From NCBI GenBank assembly GCA_031403915.1, contig JANNGP010000175.1:7759-71758 (forward strand): DNA of 64,000 bases. The letters run 5' to 3'. Of the stretch, positions 29,801 to 40,416 are shown piece by piece. How positions within the stretch are numbered: position 1 is the stretch's first letter; each line of letters opens with the position of its first letter. Both the position numbers and the translations under genes were made by a program. The DNA comes from Betaproteobacteria bacterium. Its GTDB lineage: Bacteria; Pseudomonadota; Gammaproteobacteria; Burkholderiales; Rhodocyclaceae. The notes beneath the pieces were generated by a model that saw only the letters and a list, made by a program, of their open reading frames with translations, searched no databases and had not been told where the DNA came from.

Positions 29801-29876
29801 GATGAGCAGTTCAAAGGACTACAGTCACCCGGCTTTCTGGGCGCCATTTGGCCTGATCGGCGACGCAGCGAGGTAG
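26868..29876 (+). CDS. TPR + CHAT (caspase-like) domain protein, likely exported
   Basis: Signal-peptide-like N-terminus from ATG 26868; TPR-like helices; CHAT motifs NIIPHGTLGQLPF, FATHG, VVLSACNT, SGLGRAFFFAG and HPAFWAPF. Confidence 0.88.
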   Translation: MCSLTIRLALCLLLTFGLNAQAAEDEEGSLPTDFSTTAELEKQIAAPPPGADNPQALCIFLHKRGAAYSRLGLYDKAIADLKQGLDLKQPATPDRWCDRFLMQAQIRGALFSSGDWLALTDFAQAVSDEKIHSNKWNYFFVQFWLIDAHIHLGKLREAEQALQRAGEIIPALRQQNKGWVAYGANVLERHSAYAARMQMLRGNYVEAERFQRQALRYAREQLDYSLTNRSTESLDNRNATHYLTTRKRELAGILSAQGKTGEAEILARQVLQETLSRSAKNTWIAANALSLLGKIKIQQGQIVEALRLQEQALSALENSGARPYSTAIADLRLQIGFLLGVQNRWTEALKIYEQRDQGLRGNAAQFARTGSNNLTWAMALLKNQRIDDAEKMLRSIINYNLKKPFVDPLYFAHLRGYLAVILVAAGKNNEALAEFREAFPILVRQAETDNSSENGGFVRQYRLRLIAEGYLELLSQLAVNQLAPSGFDPVAEAFRVAEASRGSSVQLAIASSAARANLPDATLANLARHEQDNANQISALNKLMNRLASAPDNQRPDKIIADIRSDIERLEKQHTALRRELAERYPAYAELVSPKPPAPADIQKVLNKDEAAVAIYVAEQKTYVWTITPARIAFRAIDLPRQQVDKQVTSVRRAFDLSGPGILPFDTTSAQSLYATLLAPDEALWAEAKLLNIIPHGTLGQLPFAVLLTSNQPGKNIAEQPWLLKKVAVAQQPSAGTLIALRAQGRAEVKRRPFVGFGDPLFIVQAPSKVAGTRSVRNLSIRFGGDSAPSETEAATLLRGFTQLPPLPDTSVELNDIGTTLGADLKTDIFLGKQATEYNVKRSDLSAYQVVAFATHGLVPGDLRGLDQPSLAMANPSLTDDKENDGFLTLSEVLGLKLNADWVVLSACNTASGDGKNEEAVSGLGRAFFFAGSRRLLVSYWPVETVSARLLTTELFRRQTQQPEESKAEALRHSMLKLMSSSKDYSHPAFWAPFGLIGDAAR

Positions 29877-29999
29877 GAGAAAAGCCCAAGCCCCGGAAAA
29901 TACGATTCGAAGTGAGCCCGAGACGCGAAGACAAACCGATGACAGTGCTGTAGCACGGCGAGGTGCAGTCGACAAAGTATCGGGAATATTTCGATCGGA

Positions 30000-32900
30000 T
30001 TAACCCACCCACTTACGCGCATTGCAGAACATCCGCAGCCACGGCGAATCCTCACCGAGATTCTCTGGATGCCAAGACATCTGCACCGTGCGGAACACAC
30101 GTTCCGGGTGCGGCATCATGATCGTAAAGCGCCCGTCCGCCGTCGTCACACCCGTAATGCCCGCCGGCGAACCATTCGGATTGTAGGGATAGACTTCGCT
30201 CGGATTGCCAGCGTTATCGAGATAGCGCATGGCAACGAGCACTTGGCTCTGCTGCGCCGCAGAATCAAACTCGGCACGCCCTTCGCCGTGCGAGACGACT
30301 ACCGGCATGCGGCTGCCAGCCATGCCGCCAAAAAACATCGACGGCGACTCGGGCAGTTCGACCATGACGAAGCGCGCCTCGAACTGCTCGACCTTGTTGC
30401 GCTCAAAGCGCGGCCACGCCTCGGCACCAGGTATCAGGCTCTTCAGCGCACTCATCATCTGACAGCCGTTACACACACCCAGCGCAAAGGTATCGCCACG
30501 ACCGAAAAAGGCTGAAAACTCGTCACGCGCGCGAGGATTGAACAGGATGGTTCGTGCCCAGCCCTTGCCCGCGCCGAGCACGTCGCCGTAGGAGAAACCG
30601 CCGCAAGCGACAGCGCCCTTGAAGTCATCCAGCTGCACGCGGCCGGAAAGGATGTCGCTCATATGCACGTCGACCGAAGCAAAGCCGGCGCGATCAAAGG
30701 CCGCCGCCATTTCAACATGCCCGTTGACACCCTGCTCGCGCAGGATGGCGACCTTCGGGCGCTTGCCCGTATTAATGAACGGCGCGGCAATGTTTCCCGC
30801 CGGATCGAAGCTCAAGGACATCGAAAGGCCGGCGTCCGACGTATCGAGAATGCGGTCGTATTCCTGTTGCGCACATTCCGGATTGTCGCGCAGCGACTGC
30901 ATGCGGAAAGTCGTTTCCGACCAGGCACGGTGCAGATCAACACGCTTCTCGGCGAGTATGGGCTTGGCGTTGCGGATGACATGCAGTTCGTCGCTCGAAT
31001 TCGGCGCGCCGATGACATGCGCACAGTCTCCTAGACCCGCTTCGCCGAGGATGCCCATCACCCTGGCGCGGTCATCGCGGCGAATTTGCAGCACGGCGCC
31101 CAGTTCTTCGGTGAAGAGTGCGCGCATGACGCTTTCGGAATCACCATCAGTGCACAAGTCATCGATGTTCAGTGAGACACCGCAATGCGAGGCGAAGACC
31201 ATCTCGGCCACGGTAGCAAACAAACCACCGTCAGAGCGGTCGTGATAGGCCAGCAGCAGTTGTTCGTTGTTGAGTTTCTGGATAGCGCCGAAGAAATTGA
31301 CCAGACACTGCGTATCAGGCACGTCCGGCGCATGGCTGCCGGTGGCATTGAACACCTGCGCCAGCGCCGAGCCGCCGAGGCGATTGCGTCCGGTACCGAG
31401 ATCGATGAGCAGCAGGTCACTTTCACCGGCATCAAGCTTTAATTGCGGCGTCAGTGTGCGGCGCACATCCGGCACCGACGCAAAGGCGGTGATGATCAGC
31501 GACAGCGGTGACACCACTTCGCGGCCTTCCCACGCCGTACGCATCGAGAGCGAATCCTTGCCAACCGGAATCGACACGCCGATCTGCTGGCAGAAATCGG
31601 ACACCGCGCGCACCGTGTCGAACAGACGGGCATCTTCACCGGGCACGCCGGCCGGTGCCATCCAGTTGGCTGAGAGTTTCACGTCGCCGAGTTTGGCGAT
31701 ATTGGCGGCGGCAATATTGGTCAGCGCTTCACCGACGGCCATGCGGCCCGACGCCGGCGCATCGAGAATCGCCACCGGCGTGCGCTCGCCCATGGCGAAG
31801 GCTTCGCCAAGGTTGGTCATGTAACCCATGGTGGTCACTGCCACGTCGGCCACCGGCACCTGCCACGGCCCAACCATCTGGTCACGCGCCGTCATGCCAC
31901 CCACGGTGCGGTCGCCGATGCTGATGAGGAAGGTCTTGTCGGCCACGGCCGGCAGACGCAGCACACGATAGACCGCATCCTTGAGTTCGATCGCCGTCGG
32001 ATCGAAAGGCAGGTCGATGCTGTCGATGCGCGTCACGGCACGCGTCATGCGCGGCGGCTTGCCGAGCAGCGCATCCATGTCCATATCAACCGGGTTGTTG
32101 CCGAAATGCCGGTCAGCCACGATCAGCCGATTATCGTCTGTCGCCACACCGACCACGGCAAACGGGCAGCGCTCGCGTTCGCACATGGCCTCGAACTCGG
32201 GCAGACGGCTCGGCGGAATGGCCAGCACGTAGCGTTCCTGCGCTTCATTGCTCCAGATTTCGGCCGGCGACATGCCCGGCTCTTCGATGTTCACATCACG
32301 TAATTCAAAGCGGGCACCGCAACCGGCACCGTGTGCGAGTTCCGGGAAGGCGTTGGAAATACCACCGGCACCGACGTCATGCACCGAGAGAATCGGATTG
32401 CCCTGCCCCGGCGTGGACGCGTCGCCAACAGGCGTGCCCATTTGCCAGCAACGGTCAAGCACTTCCTGCGCGCGTCGCTGCATTTCCGGGTTGCCACGCT
32501 GTACCGAAGCAAAGTCAAGATCTTCGGCGTTGCTGCCGGTACTCATCGAACTGGCGGCACCGCCACCCAGACCAATCAGCATACCGGGGCCGCCCAGTTG
32601 AATGAGCAGGGTGCCAGGCGAAAAACGTTCGGCCTTGTGCGACTGGCTGGCCGAGATATTGCCCAAACCACCGGCGACCATGATCGGCTTGTGATAGCCG
32701 CGCACGACAGCGTCCTTGCCTTCACCGACGCGTTGCTCGTAGGTACGAAAATAACCGGTCAGATTGGGTCGGCCGAATTCGTTGTTGAATGCTGCGGCGC
32801 CGATCGGACCTTCGAGCATGATGTCGAGCGCGCTGGCAATGCGCGACGGGCGCCCGTAACCAGCCATTTCTTCTTCCCACGGCTGCACCGCATCAGGCAG

Positions 32901-33917
32901 ATAGAGGTTGGATACCGAGAAGCCGCACAGGCCGGCCTTGGGCTTGGAGCCGCGCCCGGTCGAGCCTTCGTCGCGAATCTCGCCGCCCGAACCGGTGGCC
33001 GCGCCGGGGAAGGGCGAAATAGCCGTCGGGTGGTTGTGCGTTTCAACCTTGGTCAGTATGTGCGTGAGCTCTTCGGTCCAGGCATAGCTGCCGTCGGCAC
33101 CGGGATAGAAGCGCGCCGTCGACGCGCCTTCAAACACCGAGGAGTTGTCGGAATAGACCACGACATTGCCTTCAGGATGCGCCGCATGCGTTTCACGAAT
33201 CATGCCGAACAGCGTTTCACTGCGCACTTCACCATCAAGCACCCACGAGGCGTTGAAGATCTTGTGACGGCAATGCTCGGAGTTGGCCTGCGCAAACATC
33301 ATCAATTCAACGTCAGTCGGATTGCGCCCGGTCTTGGTCACGAAGAGATCGACGAGATAATCGATTTCGTCGTCGGAAAGCGCGAGGCCGAGGCGGGTAT
33401 TGGCTTCGAGCAGCGCATCGCGCCCGCCGGCCATGAGATCGACGGTCATCATCGGCTTGGGCGAAAAATGACGGAAGAGTTCGGTTGTTTCGTTAAAACC
33501 ACCAAGCACCGTTTCGATCATGCGGTCGTGGAGCAGTGTTTCTACTTGCTTGCGGGCTTGCGCCGTCACGCCGGTAATGCGGTAGGCAATGCCGCGTTCG
33601 ATGCGCTCGATGGCGGCCAGCCCGCAGTTCCACGCAATATCGGTGGCCTTGGACGACCACGGCGAAATAGTGCCGATGCGCGGCGTAACGAGGAAGAGTT
33701 CGCCAGACTCTGCGGCCTCTGCGGAGCGCTCTTCAAGCAGAGATGCCAGTTGCTTGAGTCCTTCGTCGCTCAATGCCGCTTTGAGCTTGGCAACGTGCCA
33801 GTAATCGGCACTGACGACACTCGCAGCCGGCGCAATGGCCTGAATACGTTGCTGCAAACCCTGCAGACGAAAATCGGAAAAAGCGGGAGCCCCGCGCAGA
33901 AAAAGGATGTCGGCCAT
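30000..33917 (-). CDS. purL: Phosphoribosylformylglycinamidine synthase (large type)
   Basis: [34 protein letters not shown] and MPHPER. Confidence 0.98.
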   Translation of the reverse strand: MADILFLRGAPAFSDFRLQGLQQRIQAIAPAASVVSADYWHVAKLKAALSDEGLKQLASLLEERSAEAAESGELFLVTPRIGTISPWSSKATDIAWNCGLAAIERIERGIAYRITGVTAQARKQVETLLHDRMIETVLGGFNETTELFRHFSPKPMMTVDLMAGGRDALLEANTRLGLALSDDEIDYLVDLFVTKTGRNPTDVELMMFAQANSEHCRHKIFNASWVLDGEVRSETLFGMIRETHAAHPEGNVVVYSDNSSVFEGASTARFYPGADGSYAWTEELTHILTKVETHNHPTAISPFPGAATGSGGEIRDEGSTGRGSKPKAGLCGFSVSNLYLPDAVQPWEEEMAGYGRPSRIASALDIMLEGPIGAAAFNNEFGRPNLTGYFRTYEQRVGEGKDAVVRGYHKPIMVAGGLGNISASQSHKAERFSPGTLLIQLGGPGMLIGLGGGAASSMSTGSNAEDLDFASVQRGNPEMQRRAQEVLDRCWQMGTPVGDASTPGQGNPILSVHDVGAGGISNAFPELAHGAGCGARFELRDVNIEEPGMSPAEIWSNEAQERYVLAIPPSRLPEFEAMCERERCPFAVVGVATDDNRLIVADRHFGNNPVDMDMDALLGKPPRMTRAVTRIDSIDLPFDPTAIELKDAVYRVLRLPAVADKTFLISIGDRTVGGMTARDQMVGPWQVPVADVAVTTMGYMTNLGEAFAMGERTPVAILDAPASGRMAVGEALTNIAAANIAKLGDVKLSANWMAPAGVPGEDARLFDTVRAVSDFCQQIGVSIPVGKDSLSMRTAWEGREVVSPLSLIITAFASVPDVRRTLTPQLKLDAGESDLLLIDLGTGRNRLGGSALAQVFNATGSHAPDVPDTQCLVNFFGAIQKLNNEQLLLAYHDRSDGGLFATVAEMVFASHCGVSLNIDDLCTDGDSESVMRALFTEELGAVLQIRRDDRARVMGILGEAGLGDCAHVIGAPNSSDELHVIRNAKPILAEKRVDLHRAWSETTFRMQSLRDNPECAQQEYDRILDTSDAGLSMSLSFDPAGNIAAPFINTGKRPKVAILREQGVNGHVEMAAAFDRAGFASVDVHMSDILSGRVQLDDFKGAVACGGFSYGDVLGAGKGWARTILFNPRARDEFSAFFGRGDTFALGVCNGCQMMSALKSLIPGAEAWPRFERNKVEQFEARFVMVELPESPSMFFGGMAGSRMPVVVSHGEGRAEFDSAAQQSQVLVAMRYLDNAGNPSEVYPYNPNGSPAGITGVTTADGRFTIMMPHPERVFRTVQMSWHPENLGEDSPWLRMFCNARKWVG

Positions 33918-34208
33918 GGTGAGCTACAAAAAAGGGGCAGGAAACCTGCGTTGAAACAAGGAGAAGGCTTCATTATAGCTGAGAGCGACCTGAGCCGAAC
34001 GGCAAGCAAGGTAGATGGACATGCTTTTTGGTCGATGCAAAAATCCGCAAAACCACCGTTCAGGGTTGAAGCAAATTAAGATAAACTTATCAAATGATGC
34101 ATTTGGAGCCATTGTCAGCTTTCTAATAATCAGAACTCAAGGCGCATCAACAATTCTTCTACCCAAATTTCGGCAGCGACATCTACAACATTTGAGGATG
34201 ATGTAAAA

Positions 34209-36371
34209 ATGACTATCTCGCGCAAGATTATTTTTCTGGTGTTATCAGCACTACTCACCTCTGTGATTATTTTTTGTGTCGCTTTTTTCGGATTTTCTGG
34301 GATAGAGACGGAGGTTGGTCACCTCGCCAGCAAGGTGGCTGCCGACAACGAAGACATCCTCTCCATCCGCGAGGCTCTAAGCTCGGCACGTAGCTGGATG
34401 ATCGGCATACTTGCAGTCGCCCTGATGCTTCTAAGTGCACTGGGTTTTATGCTGATGCGCTCGATAGTCAAACCGCTCAAGGACATGGAGAGTGCAATCA
34501 GCAAGACCGCGGATCAACTCGACTTTACCGAAATAATTCAGGTCGATTCGGATGACGAAATCGGCAACACCCTTAAAACCTACAATCGCCTGCTCACCCG
34601 CCTGCGCGGCAGTTTCATCGAGTCCCAGACGTCCATCGCCAACCTGATGGAAGTCACAGAAGAAGTCGATCGGTCCTCACGCAAGATCGCGCGCAATTCA
34701 ACACTACAGAGCGACGCCTCATCCAACATGGCCTCGGCCGTCGAGGAAATGACCGTCAGCATCTCAATGGTTGCCGATCAGGCCGCAGATGCCAGCAAAC
34801 ACACCGAAAAATCACGCCAGATCGCCGAAAATAGTGCCGGAATCATCCTCACTACCGTCAACTGCATCAAGCTCATCTCCGAGACGGTGGGTGAAGCGGC
34901 CACCCGCATCAAAGCCCTGCGCGCCGACTGTGACAGCATTTCTTCGATGGCCAAGATCATTCGTGAGATTGCCGACCAGACCAATCTGCTGGCCTTGAAT
35001 GCCGCCATCGAAGCCGCACGCGCTGGCGAACAGGGTCGGGGCTTTGCCGTGGTCGCCGATGAAGTGCGCAAACTAGCCGAGCGCACCACGCTGTCCACGC
35101 AGGAGATCAGCGATCTGCTGAAACGCATGCAGGAAAGTTCACGTCTGGCGGTTGATAGCATGACGCGCACCGAAAAAGCCGTGGATGACGGTGTCGTCCA
35201 CGCCCGTCAGGCTGGCGAGTCGATCGAGCAGATTAAAACCGGGGCTGATGCTGCCGCCATCGTAGTGTCTGACATCTCGTCCGCCATGCGCGAACAGGAG
35301 GCCGCCAGTGCGGCTATTTCCCGCAATATCGAACAAATCGCCCAGATGAGTGAACAAAATTCTGCTGCTGCCGGCACCTCAGCCGCCAGTGCCGGACGCA
35401 TGACGGAATTTGCGGCCGGAATGACACAGGCTCTTTCCGCTTACAAGGTGGAGACTGGCGTCAAGAAAATCGTCCTGCGTTGTTCTGATATTTACAACCC
35501 ATCTCACCCGGCGGTGCGTGCGACACAAGTCATGTCCGACTATCTCAACCAGACAACGCAGGGCCGGATAACGCTCAAGGTCTTCGCTGAAGGTCAAATG
35601 GGGCAAGATGTGGAAACGCTGGAGAATGTAAAAAAAGGCACGCTGGACATGGTGCGTACGAACTCCGCGTTTCTCATCAAGGATTGCCCTTTGCTCATCC
35701 TGCCCGGACTGCCTTTTATGTTCAACTCGGTCGAACATAAAGAGCGCGCTCTCGATGGCGCCCCGGGTCAGGAAATCACCGCTTCACTTGAATCTTCCGG
35801 CCTTGTTTGCCTGGCCTTCTACGAAGCCGGTGCGCGCTGCTTCTATACGAATTCACCGATCCGGTCGGTCGCGGATATGCGTGATTTGAAGATACGCAGC
35901 ATGCCGTCGGATCTGTGGCTGGCCATTATCAGCGCCTTCGGTAGCCGGCCGGTACCGCTGCCTCAGGACCAGGTGATTCACGCTTTGAAATCCGGCCTGA
36001 TTGATGCTGCCGAAAATTCACTGCTCAATTTTATGGGCCAGAAACACGTCGGTCATTTCAAGTATTACAACATTACCGACCACTCGTTGTCGCCTGAAAT
36101 GCTTGTGTTTTCGAAAAAGAAATGGGACACCCTCACCCCGGAGGATCAGGCGATCATCAGGCAGGCGGGGAAAGAAGCCGTCACCGCCCAGAGACGCTTC
36201 TTGCGTGAAAGTGAAGATGTCGCACGCAAGGACGCGATGGCAGCAGGCACGATCTTTAACAAGGATGTGGACAGGGGTTCATTTGAAAGAGTCATTCGCC
36301 CGGTATACGACAAATTCATTACCAGCCAGCAGCAGAAGTCCGTAATGCAGGCGATCAAGTCGATACGATAG
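34209..36371 (+). CDS. Methyl-accepting chemotaxis protein fused to a C-terminal TRAP DctP-type solute-binding domain
   Basis: Two TM helices, HAMP (DDEIG) and the MCP signature [23 protein letters not shown]; then in frame a DctP-like domain with [34 protein letters not shown] and [18 protein letters not shown]. Confidence 0.88.
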   Translation: MTISRKIIFLVLSALLTSVIIFCVAFFGFSGIETEVGHLASKVAADNEDILSIREALSSARSWMIGILAVALMLLSALGFMLMRSIVKPLKDMESAISKTADQLDFTEIIQVDSDDEIGNTLKTYNRLLTRLRGSFIESQTSIANLMEVTEEVDRSSRKIARNSTLQSDASSNMASAVEEMTVSISMVADQAADASKHTEKSRQIAENSAGIILTTVNCIKLISETVGEAATRIKALRADCDSISSMAKIIREIADQTNLLALNAAIEAARAGEQGRGFAVVADEVRKLAERTTLSTQEISDLLKRMQESSRLAVDSMTRTEKAVDDGVVHARQAGESIEQIKTGADAAAIVVSDISSAMREQEAASAAISRNIEQIAQMSEQNSAAAGTSAASAGRMTEFAAGMTQALSAYKVETGVKKIVLRCSDIYNPSHPAVRATQVMSDYLNQTTQGRITLKVFAEGQMGQDVETLENVKKGTLDMVRTNSAFLIKDCPLLILPGLPFMFNSVEHKERALDGAPGQEITASLESSGLVCLAFYEAGARCFYTNSPIRSVADMRDLKIRSMPSDLWLAIISAFGSRPVPLPQDQVIHALKSGLIDAAENSLLNFMGQKHVGHFKYYNITDHSLSPEMLVFSKKKWDTLTPEDQAIIRQAGKEAVTAQRRFLRESEDVARKDAMAAGTIFNKDVDRGSFERVIRPVYDKFITSQQQKSVMQAIKSIR

Positions 36372-36428
36372 CGTTGCGTTGTGCAGGCTCAGGCAGGCCT
36401 GCACAGGCAATGATTGTCGCCCGCCACC

Positions 36429-37925
36429 ATGCTCTCTCTCCCGCTCTACCGTTCTGCCAGTCTGCGCCATATCGAAGCGGCGGCCGCTGACCAGCCGCTC
36501 ATGCAGCGCGCCGGGCGCGCCGCAGCGGATCTGGCCACGACCATTTGTGCCGCTCGCGGCGCAGCCGTACTCATTCTTGCCGGCCCCGGAAACAATGGTG
36601 GAGACGCCTTCGAGGTCGCGCACGAGTTGCGCGAACGTTTTTTTGATACACATATTATCTTCGTAGGCAACGCCAGAGATCTGCCCATGGATGCGGCAGA
36701 CGCGTACCAGCGCTTCAGTAAGGCTGGTGGCAGAACGCTTGCTGCGATTCCAGAGATTCCTCGCTGGTCGCTGATCATCGACGGCCTGTTTGGTATCGGT
36801 CTGCAACGCGAAGTGACTGATCCCTACGCCGGGCTGATCCGCAGCGCCAACGCACTGGCCGCACGTGATGCTTGCCCGCTGCTGGCGCTCGATTGCCCGA
36901 GCGGGCTGGATGCCGATACCGGCAAGCTGCACGGCGCTGCCATCCACGCCTCGCACACCATCACTTTTATTGGCGGCAAGCCCGGGCTGTTCACTGCCGA
37001 CGGCCCTGATCACTGCGGCGAGATAACCGTCGCATCGCTCGATATCGATGCGCTACTCACGGGTCAGAACAGTGGCGCCACGATCGGACTTGATCTTTTT
37101 GCACAGCAGCTGCGCCCGCGGCGCCAAAACAGCCACAAAGGAATCCACGGAAACGCCGGCATCCTCGGCGGGGGACAGAGCATGGTGGGTGCCGCACTGC
37201 TTGCCGCACGCGCCGCCCTCCGGCTGGGCAGTGGCAGAGTTTACGTTGGCCTGCTCGACACACACGCCCCGGCCTTCGACACGCAACAACCCGAACTCAT
37301 GTTGCGCAAACCAGAAAACCTGTTTACCGCCGGGCTCACCGTGCTGGCCTGCGGCCCCGGACTGGGTACTAGCCATGGCGCACGCACTCTGGTGAAAAAT
37401 TCCTGTGCACTGGGCATCCCGCTTATCCTCGATGCCGACGCACTCAACCTGATTGCCGCTGAAGCGGATCTGCACACTGCAGTCGCTACGCGCAAGGCAT
37501 CCACACTGCTCACACCGCACCCGGCAGAAGCCGCACGCCTGCTTGATTGCGACGTCGCGACGATTCAGGCGGATCGGCTCACCGCCGTGCTCGAACTGGC
37601 CACACGCTTCAACGCCTATGTCGCACTCAAAGGCTGCGGTACTCTCGTGGCCTCACCCGACGGCGCATGGTTCATCAACACCAGCGGCAACCCGGGGCTG
37701 GCTACCGCCGGCAGTGGCGACGTACTCACCGGCATGGTTGCTGCCCTGCTGGCACAAGGCTGGCCGCCACTTGAGGCACTGCTGGCCGCTGTGCACCTGC
37801 ACGGCATTGCTGCTGATCGGCTCGTCGCACAAGGAACAGGGCCTATCGGACTCACTGCCGGCGAACTGATCGACAACGCACGCGCCTGTTTCAATGAATG
37901 GATGACAGAGCACAGTGCACAATAA
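36429..37925 (+). CDS. nnr: Bifunctional NAD(P)H-hydrate epimerase/dehydratase
   Basis: GPGNNGGD, DGLFGIG, DCPSG, CGPGLG, DADALN, TPHPAEAARLL and GSGDVLTG. Confidence 0.93.
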   Translation: MLSLPLYRSASLRHIEAAAADQPLMQRAGRAAADLATTICAARGAAVLILAGPGNNGGDAFEVAHELRERFFDTHIIFVGNARDLPMDAADAYQRFSKAGGRTLAAIPEIPRWSLIIDGLFGIGLQREVTDPYAGLIRSANALAARDACPLLALDCPSGLDADTGKLHGAAIHASHTITFIGGKPGLFTADGPDHCGEITVASLDIDALLTGQNSGATIGLDLFAQQLRPRRQNSHKGIHGNAGILGGGQSMVGAALLAARAALRLGSGRVYVGLLDTHAPAFDTQQPELMLRKPENLFTAGLTVLACGPGLGTSHGARTLVKNSCALGIPLILDADALNLIAAEADLHTAVATRKASTLLTPHPAEAARLLDCDVATIQADRLTAVLELATRFNAYVALKGCGTLVASPDGAWFINTSGNPGLATAGSGDVLTGMVAALLAQGWPPLEALLAAVHLHGIAADRLVAQGTGPIGLTAGELIDNARACFNEWMTEHSAQ

Positions 37926-38775
37926 AACCCGCGGCGTTCTCTTTTTTATGGGCGCAACGGTCTGCTTCGCCCTGCTTGATGCTTCCTCGAAATACCTGAC
38001 CGCCTTCTACGCCGTTCCGCTGCTCGTCTGGGCGCGCTATCTCGTGCACCTGATCATCATGCTGGTGGCGGTCGTGCCGCGCACCGGACGGCGAATCGTC
38101 GTCACGCAACACCCCTGGCTGCTCATCCTGCGCAGCCTGTTGCTGGTCGGCTGCACCGCCTTCATTGTTCTCGCCTTCAGCGTACAGCCGCTGGCCGAAA
38201 CCTCGTCGATCTTTTTCATTACGCCGCTCCTTGTCGCGCTGGTCTCGGGTCCGCTACTCGGCGAAAAGGTCTCGCTGAAAAGCTGGCTGGCAACACTGGC
38301 CGGTTTCTGCGGGGTGCTGCTCATTGCCCGGCCCGGCGGCGCCACCACCGGGCTCGGCATCACTTATGCGCTTTCCTCCGCCCTGTGCTACACCTTCTAC
38401 CAGATTCTCACGCGCCGGCTCGCCCCGACCGAACCGGCCATGCGCCAGCTTTTCTACACAGCCGTTGTCGGCACCCTGACCACCAGCCTCGCCGTACCGA
38501 TGCTCTGGGCAGCCGCCCTGCCTTCGCCCGGTCAGGCACTGCTCATTCTATCGCTCGGCATGTATGGCGGGCTGGGCCATTTTCTGTTTACACACGCTTT
38601 CCGGGACACTCCGGCCGCCTTGCTATCGCCACTCCAGTACGTGCAGATCATCTGGGCCACGCTACTGGGCTGGATAATCTTCGGGCACTTGCCGGACATG
38701 CTGACCATCGGCGGCATGCTGATCATCGGCGGCTCCGGCTTGAGTCTCGTCCTGAACCGCGAACGGAAAATCTGA
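37915..38775 (+). CDS. DMT/EamA-family transporter
   Basis: About ten hydrophobic segments; FFITPLLV..LSGPLLGE and LSPLQY motifs. Confidence 0.88.
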   Translation: MHNKTRGVLFFMGATVCFALLDASSKYLTAFYAVPLLVWARYLVHLIIMLVAVVPRTGRRIVVTQHPWLLILRSLLLVGCTAFIVLAFSVQPLAETSSIFFITPLLVALVSGPLLGEKVSLKSWLATLAGFCGVLLIARPGGATTGLGITYALSSALCYTFYQILTRRLAPTEPAMRQLFYTAVVGTLTTSLAVPMLWAAALPSPGQALLILSLGMYGGLGHFLFTHAFRDTPAALLSPLQYVQIIWATLLGWIIFGHLPDMLTIGGMLIIGGSGLSLVLNRERKI

Positions 38776-38946
38776 AAACAGCACTGCCCTGTAACCCGCT
38801 CAGAATGGAGGCCTACCGGCACATAATCTGAAGAACCGTGCGGATATTGGCCTGCAGACCAGCATGTCAGATTGAACCTAAACGCACCCGAATACATCCA
38901 ATGTGCCAGCGATGCCCCTGTCGCCATATCTTGCAAGGGAAATAGA

Positions 38947-39231
38947 ATGAAGCACATCATCTGGGTTTTATGGCCCGCCTTTATTGCTGCAGGCATTGCC
39001 GAGGTCGTGTTCTTTACGGTCATCGACCCGAAGCAGCTCTATCTGTTCGGCCAATCGGTCGAACTGGCTGCGACGGCGACGTATTCGATTGGTTTTCTGA
39101 TGTTCTGGCTGATTTGTGCCGGTTCCAGCCTGATGACGTATTTAATGCTGCCGCAAAGCGTCAAGGACGCACTGGAAAACACCGCCAATGAACGGAACGA
39201 TCTATCCCGACCGATTCGTGCGGAACGCTAG
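38947..39231 (+). CDS. Small conserved membrane protein
   Basis: MKHIIWVLWPAFIAAG..EVVFF..IDP with two TM segments; start at ATG 38947. Confidence 0.7.
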   Translation: MKHIIWVLWPAFIAAGIAEVVFFTVIDPKQLYLFGQSVELAATATYSIGFLMFWLICAGSSLMTYLMLPQSVKDALENTANERNDLSRPIRAER

Positions 39232-40412
39232 AACGATCTCAACCCGACATCCAGATCGTTCTGCAAATCGACAACGGCTTCAAGCCCCACCGCCACCCGC
39301 AACAAAGCTTCGGTAATACCGCCCGCAGCGCGCTGTTCCGGCGTAATCCGGCCGTGCGTTGTCGTAGCCGGATGGGTGAGCGTTGTCTTGGTATCGCCAA
39401 GGTTGGCGGTAATCGAAAGCAAGCGGCAATGATCCACAACGCTCCACGCTTCGCTACGCGCACCTTTGACTTCAAAGGCAACAATGGCGCCACCGCTTTT
39501 CTGCTGACGTTTGGCCAATTCAAATTGCGGGTGCGATTCAAGCCCAGGGTAGTAAACCCGTGCCACTTTGGGATGCGCTTCGAGCCAGCGCGCAAGTTCA
39601 AGCGCCTTGGCCGACTGCGCTTCCAGTCTGATTTGTAGCGTTTCCAAGCCTTTGAGCAACACCCAGGCATTGAAGGCGGAGAGTGTCGGGCCGGCGGTAC
39701 GCAGGAACTTGAGCACTTCATCGGCAAGCGGCTTGGCGCCGGCGACAGCACCGCCCAACACACGTCCCTGACCATCAAGAAACTTGGTTGCCGAGTGCAC
39801 CACAAGGTCAGCACCCAAATCAAGCGGCCGTTGCAATATCGGCGTGCAGAAACAGTTATCGACAGCCACCAGAATGCCGCGTGCGTGAGCGATCGTCACC
39901 AGCGCGGCGATGTCGGCAATCTCGGTCAGCGGGTTGGACGGCGTTTCGAGAAACAACAATTTTGTTTCAGGCCGGATGGCCGCTTCCCAGGCCGCCGTAT
40001 CGGTTTGCGAGACAAAGGTTGTCTGCACGCCAAAGCGCGGCATGATGGTACCGAGCAACTGCTGGGTTGCACCAAAGAGGCCGGTTGAGGCAACAACGTG
40101 ATCGCCGGCGCTGCACAGCGCCATAACCAGCGAGAGAATGGCTGACATGCCCGAAGAAGTTGCCACGCAGGCCTCGGCACCTTCAAGAGCCGCCAGGCGA
40201 GACTGAAACGCCGCGACGGTCGGGTTGGTAAAGCGCGAGTAAACCACGCCCTCCTCCTCGCCGGAGAAGCGCGCGGCGGCTTGAGCCGCATTGTCAAAAA
40301 CATAGCTGGAGGTTAGATACAGCGCCTCCGAGTGTTCATTGAACTGGCTTCTCGCGGTACCTTCACGCACGGCCAGTGTTTCAAGCTGATAGTTTTGATC
40401 CATGGGTGTCAT
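39228..40412 (-). CDS. metZ: O-succinylhomoserine sulfhydrylase
   Basis: [30 protein letters not shown] and ANLGDTKT. Confidence 0.93.
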   Translation of the reverse strand: MTPMDQNYQLETLAVREGTARSQFNEHSEALYLTSSYVFDNAAQAAARFSGEEEGVVYSRFTNPTVAAFQSRLAALEGAEACVATSSGMSAILSLVMALCSAGDHVVASTGLFGATQQLLGTIMPRFGVQTTFVSQTDTAAWEAAIRPETKLLFLETPSNPLTEIADIAALVTIAHARGILVAVDNCFCTPILQRPLDLGADLVVHSATKFLDGQGRVLGGAVAGAKPLADEVLKFLRTAGPTLSAFNAWVLLKGLETLQIRLEAQSAKALELARWLEAHPKVARVYYPGLESHPQFELAKRQQKSGGAIVAFEVKGARSEAWSVVDHCRLLSITANLGDTKTTLTHPATTTHGRITPEQRAAGGITEALLRVAVGLEAVVDLQNDLDVGLRSF

Positions 40413-40416
40413 GGCC

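Noticed and set aside
32395-32445. Extra residues [11 protein letters not shown] in PurL
   Set aside because: About 10 aa in what is probably a variable loop; no terminal repeats, splice motifs or second copy in the window.
32331-34079. Long antisense or overlapping ORFs (also 4809-5534, 22231-23298, 40402-41526, 57636-58589)
   Set aside because: They shadow well-supported genes on the opposite strand, as expected in GC-rich DNA, and show no recognisable motifs.
36381-36404. Hairpin GTGCAGGC/GCCTGCAC between the MCP-DctP gene and nnr
   Set aside because: An 8-bp stem with no U-tract and no second copy; function cannot be supported.
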